Source of the DNA: Clostridia bacterium
GTDB lineage: Bacteria > Bacillota > Clostridia > Christensenellales > CAG-917
Length of the DNA: 64,000 bases
Direction: 5' to 3'
Assembly (NCBI GenBank): GCA_045613765.1
Contig: JAZLBO010000020.1
Coordinates: forward strand, 5,193 to 69,192
Below, one piece after another: positions 20,191 through 30,915 of this stretch. Under the pieces are notes generated by a model, which was not told the DNA's origin, ran no database searches, and saw nothing but the letters and a program-made list of their open reading frames with translations. The position numbers were made by a program, and so were the translations under genes. How positions within the stretch are numbered: position 1 is the stretch's first letter; each line of letters begins with the position of its first letter.

Positions 20191-23100
20191 TATGCCTCCA
20201 TAGCAAGACCGTCATCATTGCCGTCCATACCTGCAGTTGCTTTGACTGCTTCTTCAAATTCGATTGCGACGATCTTTGTGACACCACGTTCTTCCATTGT
20301 TACGCCAAAGATACTATCTGCGTGGCGCATTGTGGGTTTACGGTGGGTGATGACGATAAATTGTGTATAGTCAGAGAACTTGGTGATAAATTCTGCAAAG
20401 AGGTTTGCATTTGATTCGTCAAGTGCTGCGTCAATTTCGTCGAGCACACAGAAAGGCATAGGTTTCAAACTCAAGATTGAGAAAAGAATTGCGATTGCCG
20501 TAACTGCTCTTTCGCCACCTGACAACAATGAGATGTGTTTGAGTGACTTTCCGGGAGGTTGTGCATAGATTTCAATGCCTGCCTCAAGGGGATCATTGGT
20601 TTCGCTTGTGTCAAGACGGAGTTCGCCTTTGCCACCACCAAAGAGTTTTGTAAAGACGTCTTTGAAGTTGACTTGGATCTTTTCAAATGCGTCAACAAAC
20701 TTGCCCGTCATTTCGGTGGTCAATTCTTCTATAATCTTGAAGATGTCGTTGTATGCTGCTTGAATATCGTCACGTTGGACAACTTGTTCTTCGTGGCGTT
20801 TTTCTGTTTCTTCAAGGGTTTGAACTGCCAAGGGGTTGACTTCGCCAAGGCGACTGATTTCCTTCTTCAAATCACTGATTGCAGTCTTTGCACCGTGGAT
20901 TTCAAAGGCTTCATCCTTAAATTCAAGTGCGCTTGTGTACGTGAGATCATATTCTTCAAGAACATGTTCTTGAAGGTGTCTGTTTTCATCATCAATACGT
21001 TCAAGCATACCTTCGTCACGGATTTTCTTTTCAGAAAGGGCGTTCTTTTCTTCAAGAAGTGTGTTCTTCAACGTGTCAAGCTCACGAATTCTTTCTGCAG
21101 TGGTACGTTTCTTTTCTGACAAATTGCCGATTGAAGTTTCAAGTTCACGTATTCTCTTAAGGTCTGCATCTGAGAAAGACGTCCTTTCAGGTGCATTGGT
21201 AATGTTGTTGAGTTGTGCTTGAACTGATTGGATCTTGGCAATATAGTCAAGTTTTTCTTCTTCAAGTTCTGTTGCAGTACGTTTGTGTCTAAACATTTCT
21301 GCATCATAGCCGTCAAGTTCGCTTTGGATTTGTGCCATCTTGACACGAAGATCCATAACTTCTTGGCTGAGTTGATCACGCTCGCTCTTTCTTTCGCCTT
21401 TGTCTGCCTTTTGCATTGCAACAAGGCTATCGTATTCTTGCTCACGTGATTTGACAAGGGTTTCAAGTTCATCAATAGATGAAAGGCGTTCCGTCAAGTC
21501 TTTGACTCTTTCCTTGACGATTTCATATTCCCCTGCGTTTTGTGAGATTTCTTGACGGAGTGATTCTATGAGTTCAACTGACTTCTTGGACTTGTCTTCG
21601 TTGAGTGTGATTTCAATACGGAGTTCAGAGATACGAGTGTTGAGTGCCTCCAACTTTTCATCATAAAGTTCGATATCTCTTGCTCTATCTTCTCTTTGTT
21701 CACGGAGTGATGACAGGTTCTTGAGAAGTCTTTCAAGGTTTTGTTTGTGTTGTTCGATTTGTGCCTCTTGTGAAAGAAGACCACTTGTTGCGCTACGTCT
21801 TGAACCACCAGTGACTTCGCCACCACGTGCATAAACTTCGCCATCAAGTGTGACAATCTTAAATGAACGATCGTACTTCTTCCAAATACGTTCTGCACTG
21901 ATCATGTTATCTACGATAACAACGTTGCCGAGAAGTGCGCTGACAAAGTCATCAAACTTGGGTTCGCACTTGACAAGATCCGCCGCCACACCAAGACAAC
22001 CTTGTTCCTTCAATACTTCAAGTTCGTAGCCTTGAAGACTTCTGCGCTTGCAAGCAGTACGAGGACGGAAGGTAATTCTGCCGTAGTTCTTTTGTTTAAG
22101 GTGTGTGATGAGTGCGCCTGCATCACGTTCGTTTTCAACGAGAACGTTTTGCATATTGCCACCGAGTGAGTACTCGATTGCAGATTCATATTCCTTGGGG
22201 ACAACCAACACTTCTGCCATAACACCCAAAATCTTGCTTTGGAGTGAAGGATCGTGCTTGGCATCTGCCATAAGGCGCTTGATTGACTCTTGATAACTTG
22301 AATATTCGTCCTTGGCAGCGATTGCAAGTTTCAACTGGCTTTCAATAAATGCTCTCTTTGCATTAAGACTGACTTCGTCTTCATTGATGCCCTTGATTGC
22401 TTCCCCTGCATCTGCCTTTTCTGAAAGTGTTTCGTTGTATTCTTGCAGTGTGTTACGAAGTTCTTCCTTTCTTGCCTTGATGTTTGAATCAGAGATTGAG
22501 AGATTGGTGTTTTCTTCATCAAGTTTTGCTTTCTTTTCGTTGACGAGAGCAAGCAAGTTTTTGGCTCTTTCTTCGTTGACACCTTTTTCTTGAATGTATG
22601 CAGATGAGTTGTTTCTCAAATCGCCAAGTTCCTTGATGGCAGAAATATACTCTGCATTCTTGGCTTCAAGGTCTGTTTCGCCACCTTCGATTGAACGAGA
22701 AAGAAGTTGAAGTCTTTCATCACGTTGCTTGTAGTCCTTTGATGTTTCAAGGAACAAAGCCATTGTTTCTTCTTTCTTTGTTTCGCTCTTACGAATAAGG
22801 TCGGTTGTGATGACAAGTTGTGCATCAACTGACTTGAGTTCATCATTAAGACGGTTTTCTTCGTTTTTAAGGTTTGAGATACGTTCCTTCAAAACGTTGA
22901 CTTGACCGGTCACTTTTTCTGCATCAACTTTCAATGAGAGAAGTTCTGCATTTTCTTGATCGTAGGTTTGGTCAAGAAGGGTGCTTTCTCTCAAGTTTCT
23001 TTCATATTCTTCAACTGCACCGTTGTATGCAAGTTCCTTTGCCTTCAACTGACGATTGGTTTCATCAATACGGTCATAGACCTTTTTCTTGATGGACTCG

Positions 23101-23825
23101 TTGTTTTCGTAGTTGTAGATGTAAAGGTTGACTTCTTGGCGTTTCAAAGAGTCTTTCAAAGCATACCACTTCTTTGCTGCTTCTGCTTGACGGCGCAAAG
23201 GTACAAGTTGTCTTTCAATTTCTGCAATAACTTCGTTGGCTGTTTGAAGATTGAGTGCAGTCTTTTCAAGTTTTCTTTCTGCTTCAACTCTTTGTGCTCT
23301 AAACTTTGAGATGCCTGCTGCTTCTTCAAAGATATTTCTTCTGTCTTCAGGCTTTGCAGACAAAATCTCGTCAATACGACCTTGACCAATGATTGAATAA
23401 CCTTCCTTGCCGATACCAGTATCGTGAAGAAGATTGATGATGTCTTTCATACGGCAACGGGTGTTGTTGATGTAGTATTCTGAAAGACCACTTCTGTCAA
23501 GTTTACGAGTGATTGACACTTCTTCAAAAGGAAGACTGGGGAAAATCTTGCGACCGTCAACGGGTGTGTTGTTGAACACCAAAGAAACTTCGCTATAAGA
23601 CATACTCTTACGCTTTTCCGTACCTGCGAAAATGACGTCTTGCATGCTCTTACCACGAAGGGACTTTGCGCTTTGTTCACCAAGTGTCCAACGGATTGCC
23701 TCTGCAACGTTTGACTTGCCACAACCATTAGGACCAATGATTGCAGTAAAGCCATCTTTGAGAGGGATCTTTGTCTTGTCGGCAAATGACTTAAAGCCGT
23801 GTAGTTCTATACGTTCAAGATTCAA
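20190..23825 (-). CDS. smc: Chromosome segregation protein SMC
   Basis: 1211 aa. Walker A (GPNGCGKSN), long coiled coils, a hinge, the signature LSGGE and Walker B (FCVLDEIDAALD). Confidence 0.97.
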   Translation of the reverse strand: MNLERIELHGFKSFADKTKIPLKDGFTAIIGPNGCGKSNVAEAIRWTLGEQSAKSLRGKSMQDVIFAGTEKRKSMSYSEVSLVFNNTPVDGRKIFPSLPFEEVSITRKLDRSGLSEYYINNTRCRMKDIINLLHDTGIGKEGYSIIGQGRIDEILSAKPEDRRNIFEEAAGISKFRAQRVEAERKLEKTALNLQTANEVIAEIERQLVPLRRQAEAAKKWYALKDSLKRQEVNLYIYNYENNESIKKKVYDRIDETNRQLKAKELAYNGAVEEYERNLRESTLLDQTYDQENAELLSLKVDAEKVTGQVNVLKERISNLKNEENRLNDELKSVDAQLVITTDLIRKSETKKEETMALFLETSKDYKQRDERLQLLSRSIEGGETDLEAKNAEYISAIKELGDLRNNSSAYIQEKGVNEERAKNLLALVNEKKAKLDEENTNLSISDSNIKARKEELRNTLQEYNETLSEKADAGEAIKGINEDEVSLNAKRAFIESQLKLAIAAKDEYSSYQESIKRLMADAKHDPSLQSKILGVMAEVLVVPKEYESAIEYSLGGNMQNVLVENERDAGALITHLKQKNYGRITFRPRTACKRRSLQGYELEVLKEQGCLGVAADLVKCEPKFDDFVSALLGNVVIVDNMISAERIWKKYDRSFKIVTLDGEVYARGGEVTGGSRRSATSGLLSQEAQIEQHKQNLERLLKNLSSLREQREDRARDIELYDEKLEALNTRISELRIEITLNEDKSKKSVELIESLRQEISQNAGEYEIVKERVKDLTERLSSIDELETLVKSREQEYDSLVAMQKADKGERKSERDQLSQEVMDLRVKMAQIQSELDGYDAEMFRHKRTATELEEEKLDYIAKIQSVQAQLNNITNAPERTSFSDADLKRIRELETSIGNLSEKKRTTAERIRELDTLKNTLLEEKNALSEKKIRDEGMLERIDDENRHLQEHVLEEYDLTYTSALEFKDEAFEIHGAKTAISDLKKEISRLGEVNPLAVQTLEETEKRHEEQVVQRDDIQAAYNDIFKIIEELTTEMTGKFVDAFEKIQVNFKDVFTKLFGGGKGELRLDTSETNDPLEAGIEIYAQPPGKSLKHISLLSGGERAVTAIAILFSILSLKPMPFCVLDEIDAALDESNANLFAEFITKFSDYTQFIVITHRKPTMRHADSIFGVTMEERGVTKIVAIEFEEAVKATAGMDGNDDGLAMEA

Positions 23826-23899
23826 AATGTTTCTCCTACATTTTATAATTTTGTAAATTATAACACATTTCCCCTTTCATTTCAAGTAAATACCGAATA

Positions 23900-23939
23900 A
23901 AAAAAGAGATGTTTCACAAAATCCGTGAAACATCTTTTT
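23900..23939. terminator. Intrinsic terminator after rnc (bidirectional shape)
   Basis: 11-bp stem AGATGTTTCAC/GTGAAACATCT flanked by an A7 run and a T4 run. Confidence 0.7.
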
Positions 23940-24009
23940 GAACTGGGTTATTTTGGCACTTTTCATTGTTTTTGCGTGCTGCACAAAGGCAATTATGCAA
24001 TTAAACAAC

Positions 24010-24690
24010 TTATTTGGTGAGTTTTTGAAGTGCCTCTTTGGCTGCCCATTGTTGAGCATTTTGTTTTGTGTAGCCCTTGCCGTTGCCCATACAGACACCA
24101 TCAACGTACACTTCAAATTCAAATGTAGGTTTGTGTACGGGGCCTATTTGTGACACAAGGACGTAGTCTATGCTACTGCCGTGTTTTGTGGCGTATTCAT
24201 TGAGTTTGGACTTGGCATCAAGGTCTTCTTCCGGCTTTGAGAAAGCGATTGCCTTATCAAGCATTGTAAGGACAAATTTCTTGGCATTTTCCATGCCACC
24301 GTCAAGATAAATTGCACCCACGATTGACTCAAACAAATCGCATTTAATAGAGTCGTTTTCATACACCTTTCTGCGCTTTTCTCCAACGCCGAATTGCATA
24401 TATTCCGTAAGTCTAACCCGTCCAATTGCATCAGACAAAGGTTGTTCACTGACGATTTGTGCGCGCATTTTCGTGAGGATGCCTTCATTATAACTGGGGT
24501 TGATTTCCATCAATCTTTCTGCAATGATGAAATCCAAAATGCTATCCCCAAGATATTCCAATACTTGATAGTTTTCTTCCACTTTTGCCTTCAAAGAAGG
24601 ATGAGTAAAAGCACGAATAAGAATTGTCTTATCCTTGAAAACATAACCGATTATATCTTCAATTTCTCGTACTTTTGCTTGGTCAAGCAT
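24010..24690 (-). CDS. rnc: Ribonuclease III
   Basis: RNase III signature (ERLEFLGDS-like: QVLEYLGDSILD) and a C-terminal dsRBD. I prefer the start at ATG 24690 (MLDQAKV), just after the plsX stop, over the track start at 24735. Confidence 0.93.
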   Translation of the reverse strand: MLDQAKVREIEDIIGYVFKDKTILIRAFTHPSLKAKVEENYQVLEYLGDSILDFIIAERLMEINPSYNEGILTKMRAQIVSEQPLSDAIGRVRLTEYMQFGVGEKRRKVYENDSIKCDLFESIVGAIYLDGGMENAKKFVLTMLDKAIAFSKPEEDLDAKSKLNEYATKHGSSIDYVLVSQIGPVHKPTFEFEVYVDGVCMGNGKGYTKQNAQQWAAKEALQKLTK

Positions 24691-24694
24691 AGTG

Positions 24695-25705
24695 TTATTG
24701 GATACCTTCTTTGATAAGTTCAGGAAGACCTGCAACGGCCAATTTCTTTGCCATAATTATGCTTGCAGAAATTGCTTTATACTTACTGCTACCATGTGCT
24801 TTGACAACAACCTTGTTGCAGCCAAGGAAGGCTGCGCCACCCTGTTGATTGTAGTCAACCTTTCTCTTGAGAGCACGAAGTACGGGCTTGAGCAAAAGAT
24901 AACCTATCTTTGCTTTTATGCCACCCTTTTCAATGCCTGCTTTAAGGATTGAGAAGATTGCACCTGCTGTGCCTTCTGCAGATTTCAATGCAATATTGCC
25001 GTTGAATCCGTCTGAAACCACGACGTCATAGTCGCCAGAAAGCAAATCTCTTGCCTCGCAGTTGCCTACAAAGTTGATGTTTTCATCTTCCTTGAGAAGT
25101 GCAAAGACTTCTTGATTGAGTTCCGTGCCCTTGTGATCTTCTGCACCGTTTGAGAGAAGACCAACGCGAGGATTTTCCTTGCCGAGCATGGCTTTTGAGA
25201 AGGCGTTGCCCATAATTGCAAAGTGATGAAGATTGATTGCTTTGCAGTCAATGTTTGCACCACAATCGCAAAGTATGACCTTTTCTTCCCCATTGACTGT
25301 GGGAAGCATAGGTGCGAGTGCAGGACGTGAGATGCCTTTTATTCTGCCTATCTTCATAAATGCACCAACAAGGACTGCCCCTGTTGAACCAGCAGAAACA
25401 AGACCACCGACGTTTTCATCACTGGCAACTCTATCCATTGCTTTGACAAGTGAACTTTCCTTCTTTTGCTTGATTGCAATCGTGGGAATATCGTCATTTG
25501 TGATGATATCCTTTGCATCAACAAGTTCAATTCTATCCTTGCCTGCGCTTGCGTTGATCAATTCAACGTCAATCTTGTCAAGATCGCCAACCAGCACAAC
25601 TTCAAGTGTGTTGTCTTGTTCTATTGCGTCAAGTGTGCCTTTTACTACTTCTTCGGGTGCATAATCGCCACCCATTGCATCTACAACTATCTTATTCAAA
25701 CTCAT
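24695..25705 (-). CDS. plsX: Phosphate acyltransferase PlsX
   Basis: 336 aa. Contains VDAMGGDYAP and conserved PlsX core motifs. Confidence 0.95.
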   Translation of the reverse strand: MSLNKIVVDAMGGDYAPEEVVKGTLDAIEQDNTLEVVLVGDLDKIDVELINASAGKDRIELVDAKDIITNDDIPTIAIKQKKESSLVKAMDRVASDENVGGLVSAGSTGAVLVGAFMKIGRIKGISRPALAPMLPTVNGEEKVILCDCGANIDCKAINLHHFAIMGNAFSKAMLGKENPRVGLLSNGAEDHKGTELNQEVFALLKEDENINFVGNCEARDLLSGDYDVVVSDGFNGNIALKSAEGTAGAIFSILKAGIEKGGIKAKIGYLLLKPVLRALKRKVDYNQQGGAAFLGCNKVVVKAHGSSKYKAISASIIMAKKLAVAGLPELIKEGIQ

Positions 25706-25745
25706 AATAGTAAAAAGAGAGCGATTGATCGCTCTCTATTCATCC

Positions 25746-25937
25746 TTATTTTTCTTCGTTTTTGCTTACGATTTGTTCACCATCATAGTAACCGCATTTG
25801 GGGCAAACTACGTGGCTCTTTTTCAATTCGTGGCATTGAGGACATTCAACAAGACCGGGAGTTGAGAGTCTGTTCTTCCAGTTTGCGAAACGTGAATTTG
25901 TCTTTGAATGTGAAATTTTATTTTTTGGTGTTGCCAT
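25746..25937 (-). CDS. rpmF: 50S ribosomal protein L32
   Basis: 63 aa. Contains a CPQC...CPKCG zinc ribbon and the L32 N-terminus (ATPKNKISHSK). Confidence 0.93.
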   Translation of the reverse strand: MATPKNKISHSKTNSRFANWKNRLSTPGLVECPQCHELKKSHVVCPKCGYYDGEQIVSKNEEK

Positions 25938-26098
25938 ATCTATCTCCTCCGCATATTAATCAATAATATATTTTGCTTATGCAATTATATAGAAAAAATA
26001 CTATATTGTCAAACGATTTGAGTATTTTCTCTATTTTGCTGAAATTTATAGGGATTTTGGTGGTTTTTTGCACCAATTTCCCTATTTTTCAACCAAAA

Positions 26099-27310
26099 TT
26101 ACGCATTTTGAACCAATGCTTTGGTTTCTCTTGCGATTGAAAGTTCCTCATTGGTGGTTGCAACAAGCACTTTGACCTTGCTATCTTTTGCTTGGATTTC
26201 GTAGATGCCTGCATCATAACCACGGACGTATTTCTTGTTGAGTTCGTCATCAAGTTCAACGCCGAGATATTGCATATCCCCTGCGATAAGTCCTCTCATA
26301 AGGTCACTATGTTCGCCAATGCCACCTGTAAATGCGATTGCATCAACACCGTTGAGTGATGCTGCAAATGCGCCAACGTACTTCTTGATGCGATATGCTG
26401 CTGCTGTGATTGCGATGGTTGCCTTTTCGTCCCCTGCGAGCATCTTGGGTTCAAGGTCACGCATATCTGAACTGAAGTCCCCACTCAAGCCGTACATACC
26501 ACATTTCTTGTTGAGGTATGTGACCATTTCGCCCATGTCTTTGCCGAGTTTTTTGCCAAGATATTCAACTGCGCCTGCATCAATATCCCCTGCTCTTGTG
26601 CCCATGATAAGACCTTCAAGAGGTGTGAAACCCATTGTTGTATCTACGCACTTGCCTGCATTGACTGCTGAAAGACTGCTGCCGTTGCCAAGGTGACATA
26701 CGATAATCTTTGCATTGGGATTGTCAAGATACTTTGCCACTTCTTGTGACACGAACTTGTGGCTTGTGCCGTGGAAACCGTACTTACGGACTTTGTAGTT
26801 TTCATAGTCTTCGTAACGGATGCCGTACATATATGCTTTTGCGGGAATTGTTGAGTGGAAGGTTGTGTCAAACACTGCAACCATAGGCTTGCCGGGCATA
26901 ACTTGTTGACAACCCTTAATACATGCAACGTTGCCGGGATTGTGCAAGGGTGCAAGGTCACTATTTCTTTCACAGATTGCGATAACTTCTTCGTCAATGA
27001 CAACTGACGTTGTAAAATCTTCGCCACCGTGGACAACTCTGTGACCTACTGCAGAAACTTCGTCAACTGATTTGATTGCGCCAAATTCAGGATCAACAAG
27101 TGCTTTGAGCACCAATTCAAGAGCCTCTTTGTGTGTGGGCATATCTTGCGTGACAACGAGTTTTTTGCCGTCTGCAGTCTTTTGTGTGAGCATGCCACCT
27201 GTTGCTGTAATTCTTTCACAGATGCCTGTCAAGATTGCTTCTTCGGTGGTCATATCAACGAGTTGATATTTGAGTGATGAACTGCCTGCATTGAGAACGA
27301 GAACTTTCAT
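26099..27310 (-). CDS. ackA: Acetate kinase
   Basis: Conserved MKVLVLNAGSSSLKYQL start at ATG 27310 with a GGAGGA RBS. The track ORF is extended upstream to 27379 and overlaps pta. Confidence 0.96.
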   Translation of the reverse strand: MKVLVLNAGSSSLKYQLVDMTTEEAILTGICERITATGGMLTQKTADGKKLVVTQDMPTHKEALELVLKALVDPEFGAIKSVDEVSAVGHRVVHGGEDFTTSVVIDEEVIAICERNSDLAPLHNPGNVACIKGCQQVMPGKPMVAVFDTTFHSTIPAKAYMYGIRYEDYENYKVRKYGFHGTSHKFVSQEVAKYLDNPNAKIIVCHLGNGSSLSAVNAGKCVDTTMGFTPLEGLIMGTRAGDIDAGAVEYLGKKLGKDMGEMVTYLNKKCGMYGLSGDFSSDMRDLEPKMLAGDEKATIAITAAAYRIKKYVGAFAASLNGVDAIAFTGGIGEHSDLMRGLIAGDMQYLGVELDDELNKKYVRGYDAGIYEIQAKDSKVKVLVATTNEELSIARETKALVQNA

Positions 27311-27321
27311 ATTTTCCTCCA

Positions 27322-28320
27322 TTATTTTGCTTGAAGTGCTGTGATTGCTGCAACTGCTGCGATATCTTCTGCAGAGCAACCACGTGAAAGGTCATTGACA
27401 GGAAGTGCAAGACCTTGCATGATAGGGCCAACTGCCATAAAGTTGCCAAGACGTTGTGCGATTTTGTAACCGATATTGCCTGCATCAAGGTTGGGGAATA
27501 CAAAGACGTTTGCTTCGCCTGCCACTGTGCTTTCGGGGGCTTTTTGCTTGCCTACGCTGGGCACGAGTGATGCATCAAATTGCATTTCGCCATCAACGTT
27601 GATTTCGGGATGTTCTGCCTTGACTTTGTCATAAGCATTTCTAACCTTTTGCACTGCTTCGTGATTTGCACTGCCTTTGGTTGAGAAACTGAGCATTGCA
27701 ATCTTGGGTTCGATACCGATAATATTCTTTGCGCTATCGTTGGCTGCAACAACGATATCTGCAAGTTGGTCTTCTGTGGGGTAAGGGATGACTGCACAGT
27801 CTGCAAAGATATATGCAGGTGCATTGTCATACTTGAAACCGTTTTCGGGGGGAATCATCACAAAGCAACTTGACACACTGCTGATGCCGGGGGCTGCTTT
27901 GACAACTTGAAATGCTGCTCTTGAAACGTCTGCTGATGAGAACACTGCACCACCGACAACACCATCAACGTCACCACACTTGAGTGCTACGCAAGCATAG
28001 AACATATTGTTGGTTGACACGATTTGACGTGCATTTTCAAGTGTCATACCCTTTGCCTTGCGAAGTTCAAACAACATATTTGCGTACTTTTCAAGGTTTT
28101 CGGATGTGGCAGGATTTTCAAACTTGACACCATCAAAGTTGACTTCGGGGAACTTGGCTCTTGCCTCGTTTTCATCACCGATAAGCACCACTTTGCAGAT
28201 GCCGTCTTTTGTGAGCATTTCTGCTGCTTTGCAAGCACGAATATCAAAACCTTCTGCAAGTGCGATGGTTTTGCCACGTTCTTTTGCTCTTGCCATCAAG
28301 TTGTCAAGGAATTGTGACAT
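27322..28320 (-). CDS. pta: Phosphate acetyltransferase
   Basis: 332 aa. PTA_PTB family pattern. Forms an operon with ackA. Confidence 0.93.
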   Translation of the reverse strand: MSQFLDNLMARAKERGKTIALAEGFDIRACKAAEMLTKDGICKVVLIGDENEARAKFPEVNFDGVKFENPATSENLEKYANMLFELRKAKGMTLENARQIVSTNNMFYACVALKCGDVDGVVGGAVFSSADVSRAAFQVVKAAPGISSVSSCFVMIPPENGFKYDNAPAYIFADCAVIPYPTEDQLADIVVAANDSAKNIIGIEPKIAMLSFSTKGSANHEAVQKVRNAYDKVKAEHPEINVDGEMQFDASLVPSVGKQKAPESTVAGEANVFVFPNLDAGNIGYKIAQRLGNFMAVGPIMQGLALPVNDLSRGCSAEDIAAVAAITALQAK

Positions 28321-28481
28321 AATATATCTCCTTCATATCATATAATCTTATTTGCTTGCTTTTCATAAAAAAGCATATATAATTATAGTAAACTATCCAA
28401 AATAAATCAAGAATAAATTTACACAATCGCCACTTTTGGACAAACATTTGTCAAAAAAATCGGTTGTGGAAGGGATAATAC

Positions 28482-29585
28482 GTGAAAATCGCAGGAATTA
28501 TTGCAGAATACAATCCTCTGCACAACGGACATCTTAAGCAAATTCGCAAAGCAAAACGTGAAGTCGGCGCCGACATCTTGGCAGTTGTCATGAGTGGCAG
28601 TTTTACTGAACGTGGGGACATTTGCGTGGCAGACAAATATACTCGTGCAAAATGGGCTATTGAAGCAGGCGCAGACGTGGTTATTGAATTACCCACCGTC
28701 TATACCCTTTCAAATGCTCAATTCTTTGCAGAAGGCGCAATGAAGACACTTTCTATGCTTGGGGAATTCACTCTCTGCTTTGGCACTGAAACTGAAGAAC
28801 TCAACGATCTTGCTATGGTGGCAGAATTTATGGCAAGCGAATCAAAGGATATGTCAGTTATGCTCAAAGGTTTCCTTTCAGAAGGATACTCTGTGGCAAA
28901 ATCTCGCTCTCTCGCTCTCAATCTCATACGCCCTGATATTGCAAATATGCTCCAAATGCCCAACAATATACTTGCCGTTGAATATATCAAGGCAGGGGCA
29001 AAGTACGGAGATAAGGTGGAATATCACAATATCCCTCGCATACCCGACAATGAGCGCACTATTCTTTCATCAACAAAGATAAGAAATCGCCTTTACAACG
29101 GCAACGATTTTTCAAAGGCAGTGCCCGAATTTGTAAAGAAAGAAGATATGCCTGTTGATATTGACAAGTACGGCACAATCTCTACATACGCATTAAAATC
29201 AAAGACACCTGAAGAATTGGCAGAAATAACCAATATTCACGAAGGTATGGAAAATAGAATTTCAAAGGCAGACTTCAACAACTTTGAAGAATTCCTTGGT
29301 CTTACCTCAAAGAGATATACTCGCTCTACCATAAAGAGAATTGCTGCTTGCACAACAATCGGCATCACAAAGGCTCACGTTCAACTTGCAAAGGATGAAA
29401 AACCTTATACAACAATCCTTGCAATCCGTGATAGCAAACGCAAAAAGATACTTCCTTTGCTTTCGGCGGCGGATGGCTACTTCTACTACAAACCCAGTGA
29501 TTGCCCTAAGGACTCACCTGTACGCCCCTTGCTTGACCTTGATGCAAAGGCTGCAAAAGTGTTGAAACTCTGCTCTCAAGAATAA
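28482..29585 (+). CDS. tmcAL: tRNA(Met) cytidine acetate ligase (TmcAL / YlbM, UPF0348 nucleotidyltransferase)
   Basis: 367 aa. N-terminal IIAEYNPLHNGH (HxGH-type nucleotidyltransferase motif), characteristic of the YlbM/TmcAL family. Confidence 0.8.
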   Translation: MKIAGIIAEYNPLHNGHLKQIRKAKREVGADILAVVMSGSFTERGDICVADKYTRAKWAIEAGADVVIELPTVYTLSNAQFFAEGAMKTLSMLGEFTLCFGTETEELNDLAMVAEFMASESKDMSVMLKGFLSEGYSVAKSRSLALNLIRPDIANMLQMPNNILAVEYIKAGAKYGDKVEYHNIPRIPDNERTILSSTKIRNRLYNGNDFSKAVPEFVKKEDMPVDIDKYGTISTYALKSKTPEELAEITNIHEGMENRISKADFNNFEEFLGLTSKRYTRSTIKRIAACTTIGITKAHVQLAKDEKPYTTILAIRDSKRKKILPLLSAADGYFYYKPSDCPKDSPVRPLLDLDAKAAKVLKLCSQE

Positions 29586-29695
29586 TTCCTTTGAGTTGAA
29601 CAAATATTATTCTAAAATTCTCAAATTTCTATCCGTGTATCTCAGTGAAACACAATAGAAAACTGGTGTTCTAACAACGTATTTTACATCAATAA

Positions 29696-29737
29696 ATGTC
29701 CGTCACATAATTTCGTGTTGACGGGCATATTTTTTTG
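29696..29737 (+). terminator. Intrinsic terminator after tmcAL
   Basis: 10-bp stem ATGTCCGTCA/TGACGGGCAT (one G-T pair) followed by a T7 run. It overlaps the 5' end of the next track ORF. Confidence 0.65.
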
Positions 29738-30839
29738 TGTGAGAAAAACGGTTGCAGTGTCAAATAGGTCAAAAAATCGTACAAAGGTCTTTGCCACTTT
29801 TGTCAATACAAGAAACGTGGCAAGGCGACAAAAAGTGGTAGATGTTTTTGAAAAGACAAAGCCATATATTTTGCCACTTATACTTTTGGTTTTCATTGGA
29901 CTGATGCTTGCATTTCCAACCCATTATTTGACTGCAACAAGAAATGGATTGTCGCTATTTGCTCACTCAATTTTGCCTGCCATATTCCCTTTTCTCTTTT
30001 TATCTTCCGTCCTTGGAAAAACAGACTTTATAAAAGATGTTTCAAGGGCATTTGAAAAGCCAATCAAGTTTCTCTTTGGCACGTCATCTTATGGGGCTTA
30101 CGTGTTGTTTTCAAGCCTTATATGTGGTTATCCTGTGGGTGCGCTTACCACATACGAATTGTACAAAGACGGGCGCATATCTTCAAGAGATGCAAGAAGT
30201 TTTCTGCCCTTTACGTCAACGGCAGGTCCTATCTTTATTTTGGCAACTGTTGGTGGTGCAATATTTGGAGATAAGGACATTGGACTTGTAATACTTCTAT
30301 CTCACTATGCAGGCACGCTCATCAACGGCTTGTTGTGGCGTAGAAGAAGCATAAGATTGTTGACGGATAATGTTGAGCCTTGCACACTCACGCACGCATA
30401 CGGGCGCGTACACGCTCTTATTGATAATGATGGGAGGGATATTTTTGGAGATAGCATTGTCAAATCAACAACTCAAATGTTGACGGTGGGTGGATATATC
30501 GTTTTGTTTGGGCTTTTAATTGACACGCTCTGTCTTTTGCCTTTCGTTGAAAACCTATCCCCCATTTTGAAAAGTCTGCTCTTTTCATTGTTTGAGATGA
30601 CAAGGGGTGTTGCCACCTGCACAAACATACCTTTCAAATGGTTGTCCGTGAGTTTTGCAACCTTGGCTGTTACCTTTGGTGGACTGGGTGTAAATATGCA
30701 AAATTACCACTTTCTTTCAAAGTGTAAATGCCCCTTGAAAGAAGTCGTTTTGAGCAAAATTTCACAGGGGATTTTGGCCTTTTTTTGTGCAATAATTTTT
30801 TCACTAATTTTTTTCAACATTTTTGGCACAAACTATTGA
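29715..30839 (+). CDS. ylbJ: Sporulation integral membrane protein YlbJ-like (nucleoside-recognition/Gate-domain membrane protein)
   Basis: Multi-TM protein with YlbJ-like N-terminal topology and position next to ylbM. The first 120 nt or so of the track ORF overlap the tmcAL terminator, so the true start is probably downstream (for example in-frame GTG 29835). The start is uncertain. Confidence 0.6.
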   Translation: MLTGIFFCVRKTVAVSNRSKNRTKVFATFVNTRNVARRQKVVDVFEKTKPYILPLILLVFIGLMLAFPTHYLTATRNGLSLFAHSILPAIFPFLFLSSVLGKTDFIKDVSRAFEKPIKFLFGTSSYGAYVLFSSLICGYPVGALTTYELYKDGRISSRDARSFLPFTSTAGPIFILATVGGAIFGDKDIGLVILLSHYAGTLINGLLWRRRSIRLLTDNVEPCTLTHAYGRVHALIDNDGRDIFGDSIVKSTTQMLTVGGYIVLFGLLIDTLCLLPFVENLSPILKSLLFSLFEMTRGVATCTNIPFKWLSVSFATLAVTFGGLGVNMQNYHFLSKCKCPLKEVVLSKISQGILAFFCAIIFSLIFFNIFGTNY

Positions 30840-30915
30840 CTTTTAATATAAAAAACTCGTATTCTTATGGTACAAAGATTATTTTTTTACATTTTCACGG
30901 AGGAACAACTTAATA

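Noticed and set aside
20559-21119. Long antisense or alternative-frame ORFs inside smc and other large genes. Examples are 20559-21119, 902-1417, 14737-15135, 25233-25664, 32027-32569, 48634-49134 and 57037-57534.
   Set aside because: All are embedded in strongly supported conserved genes on the opposite strand or in another frame. They lack RBSs and have low-complexity or Cys/Phe-rich translations typical of non-coding frames.
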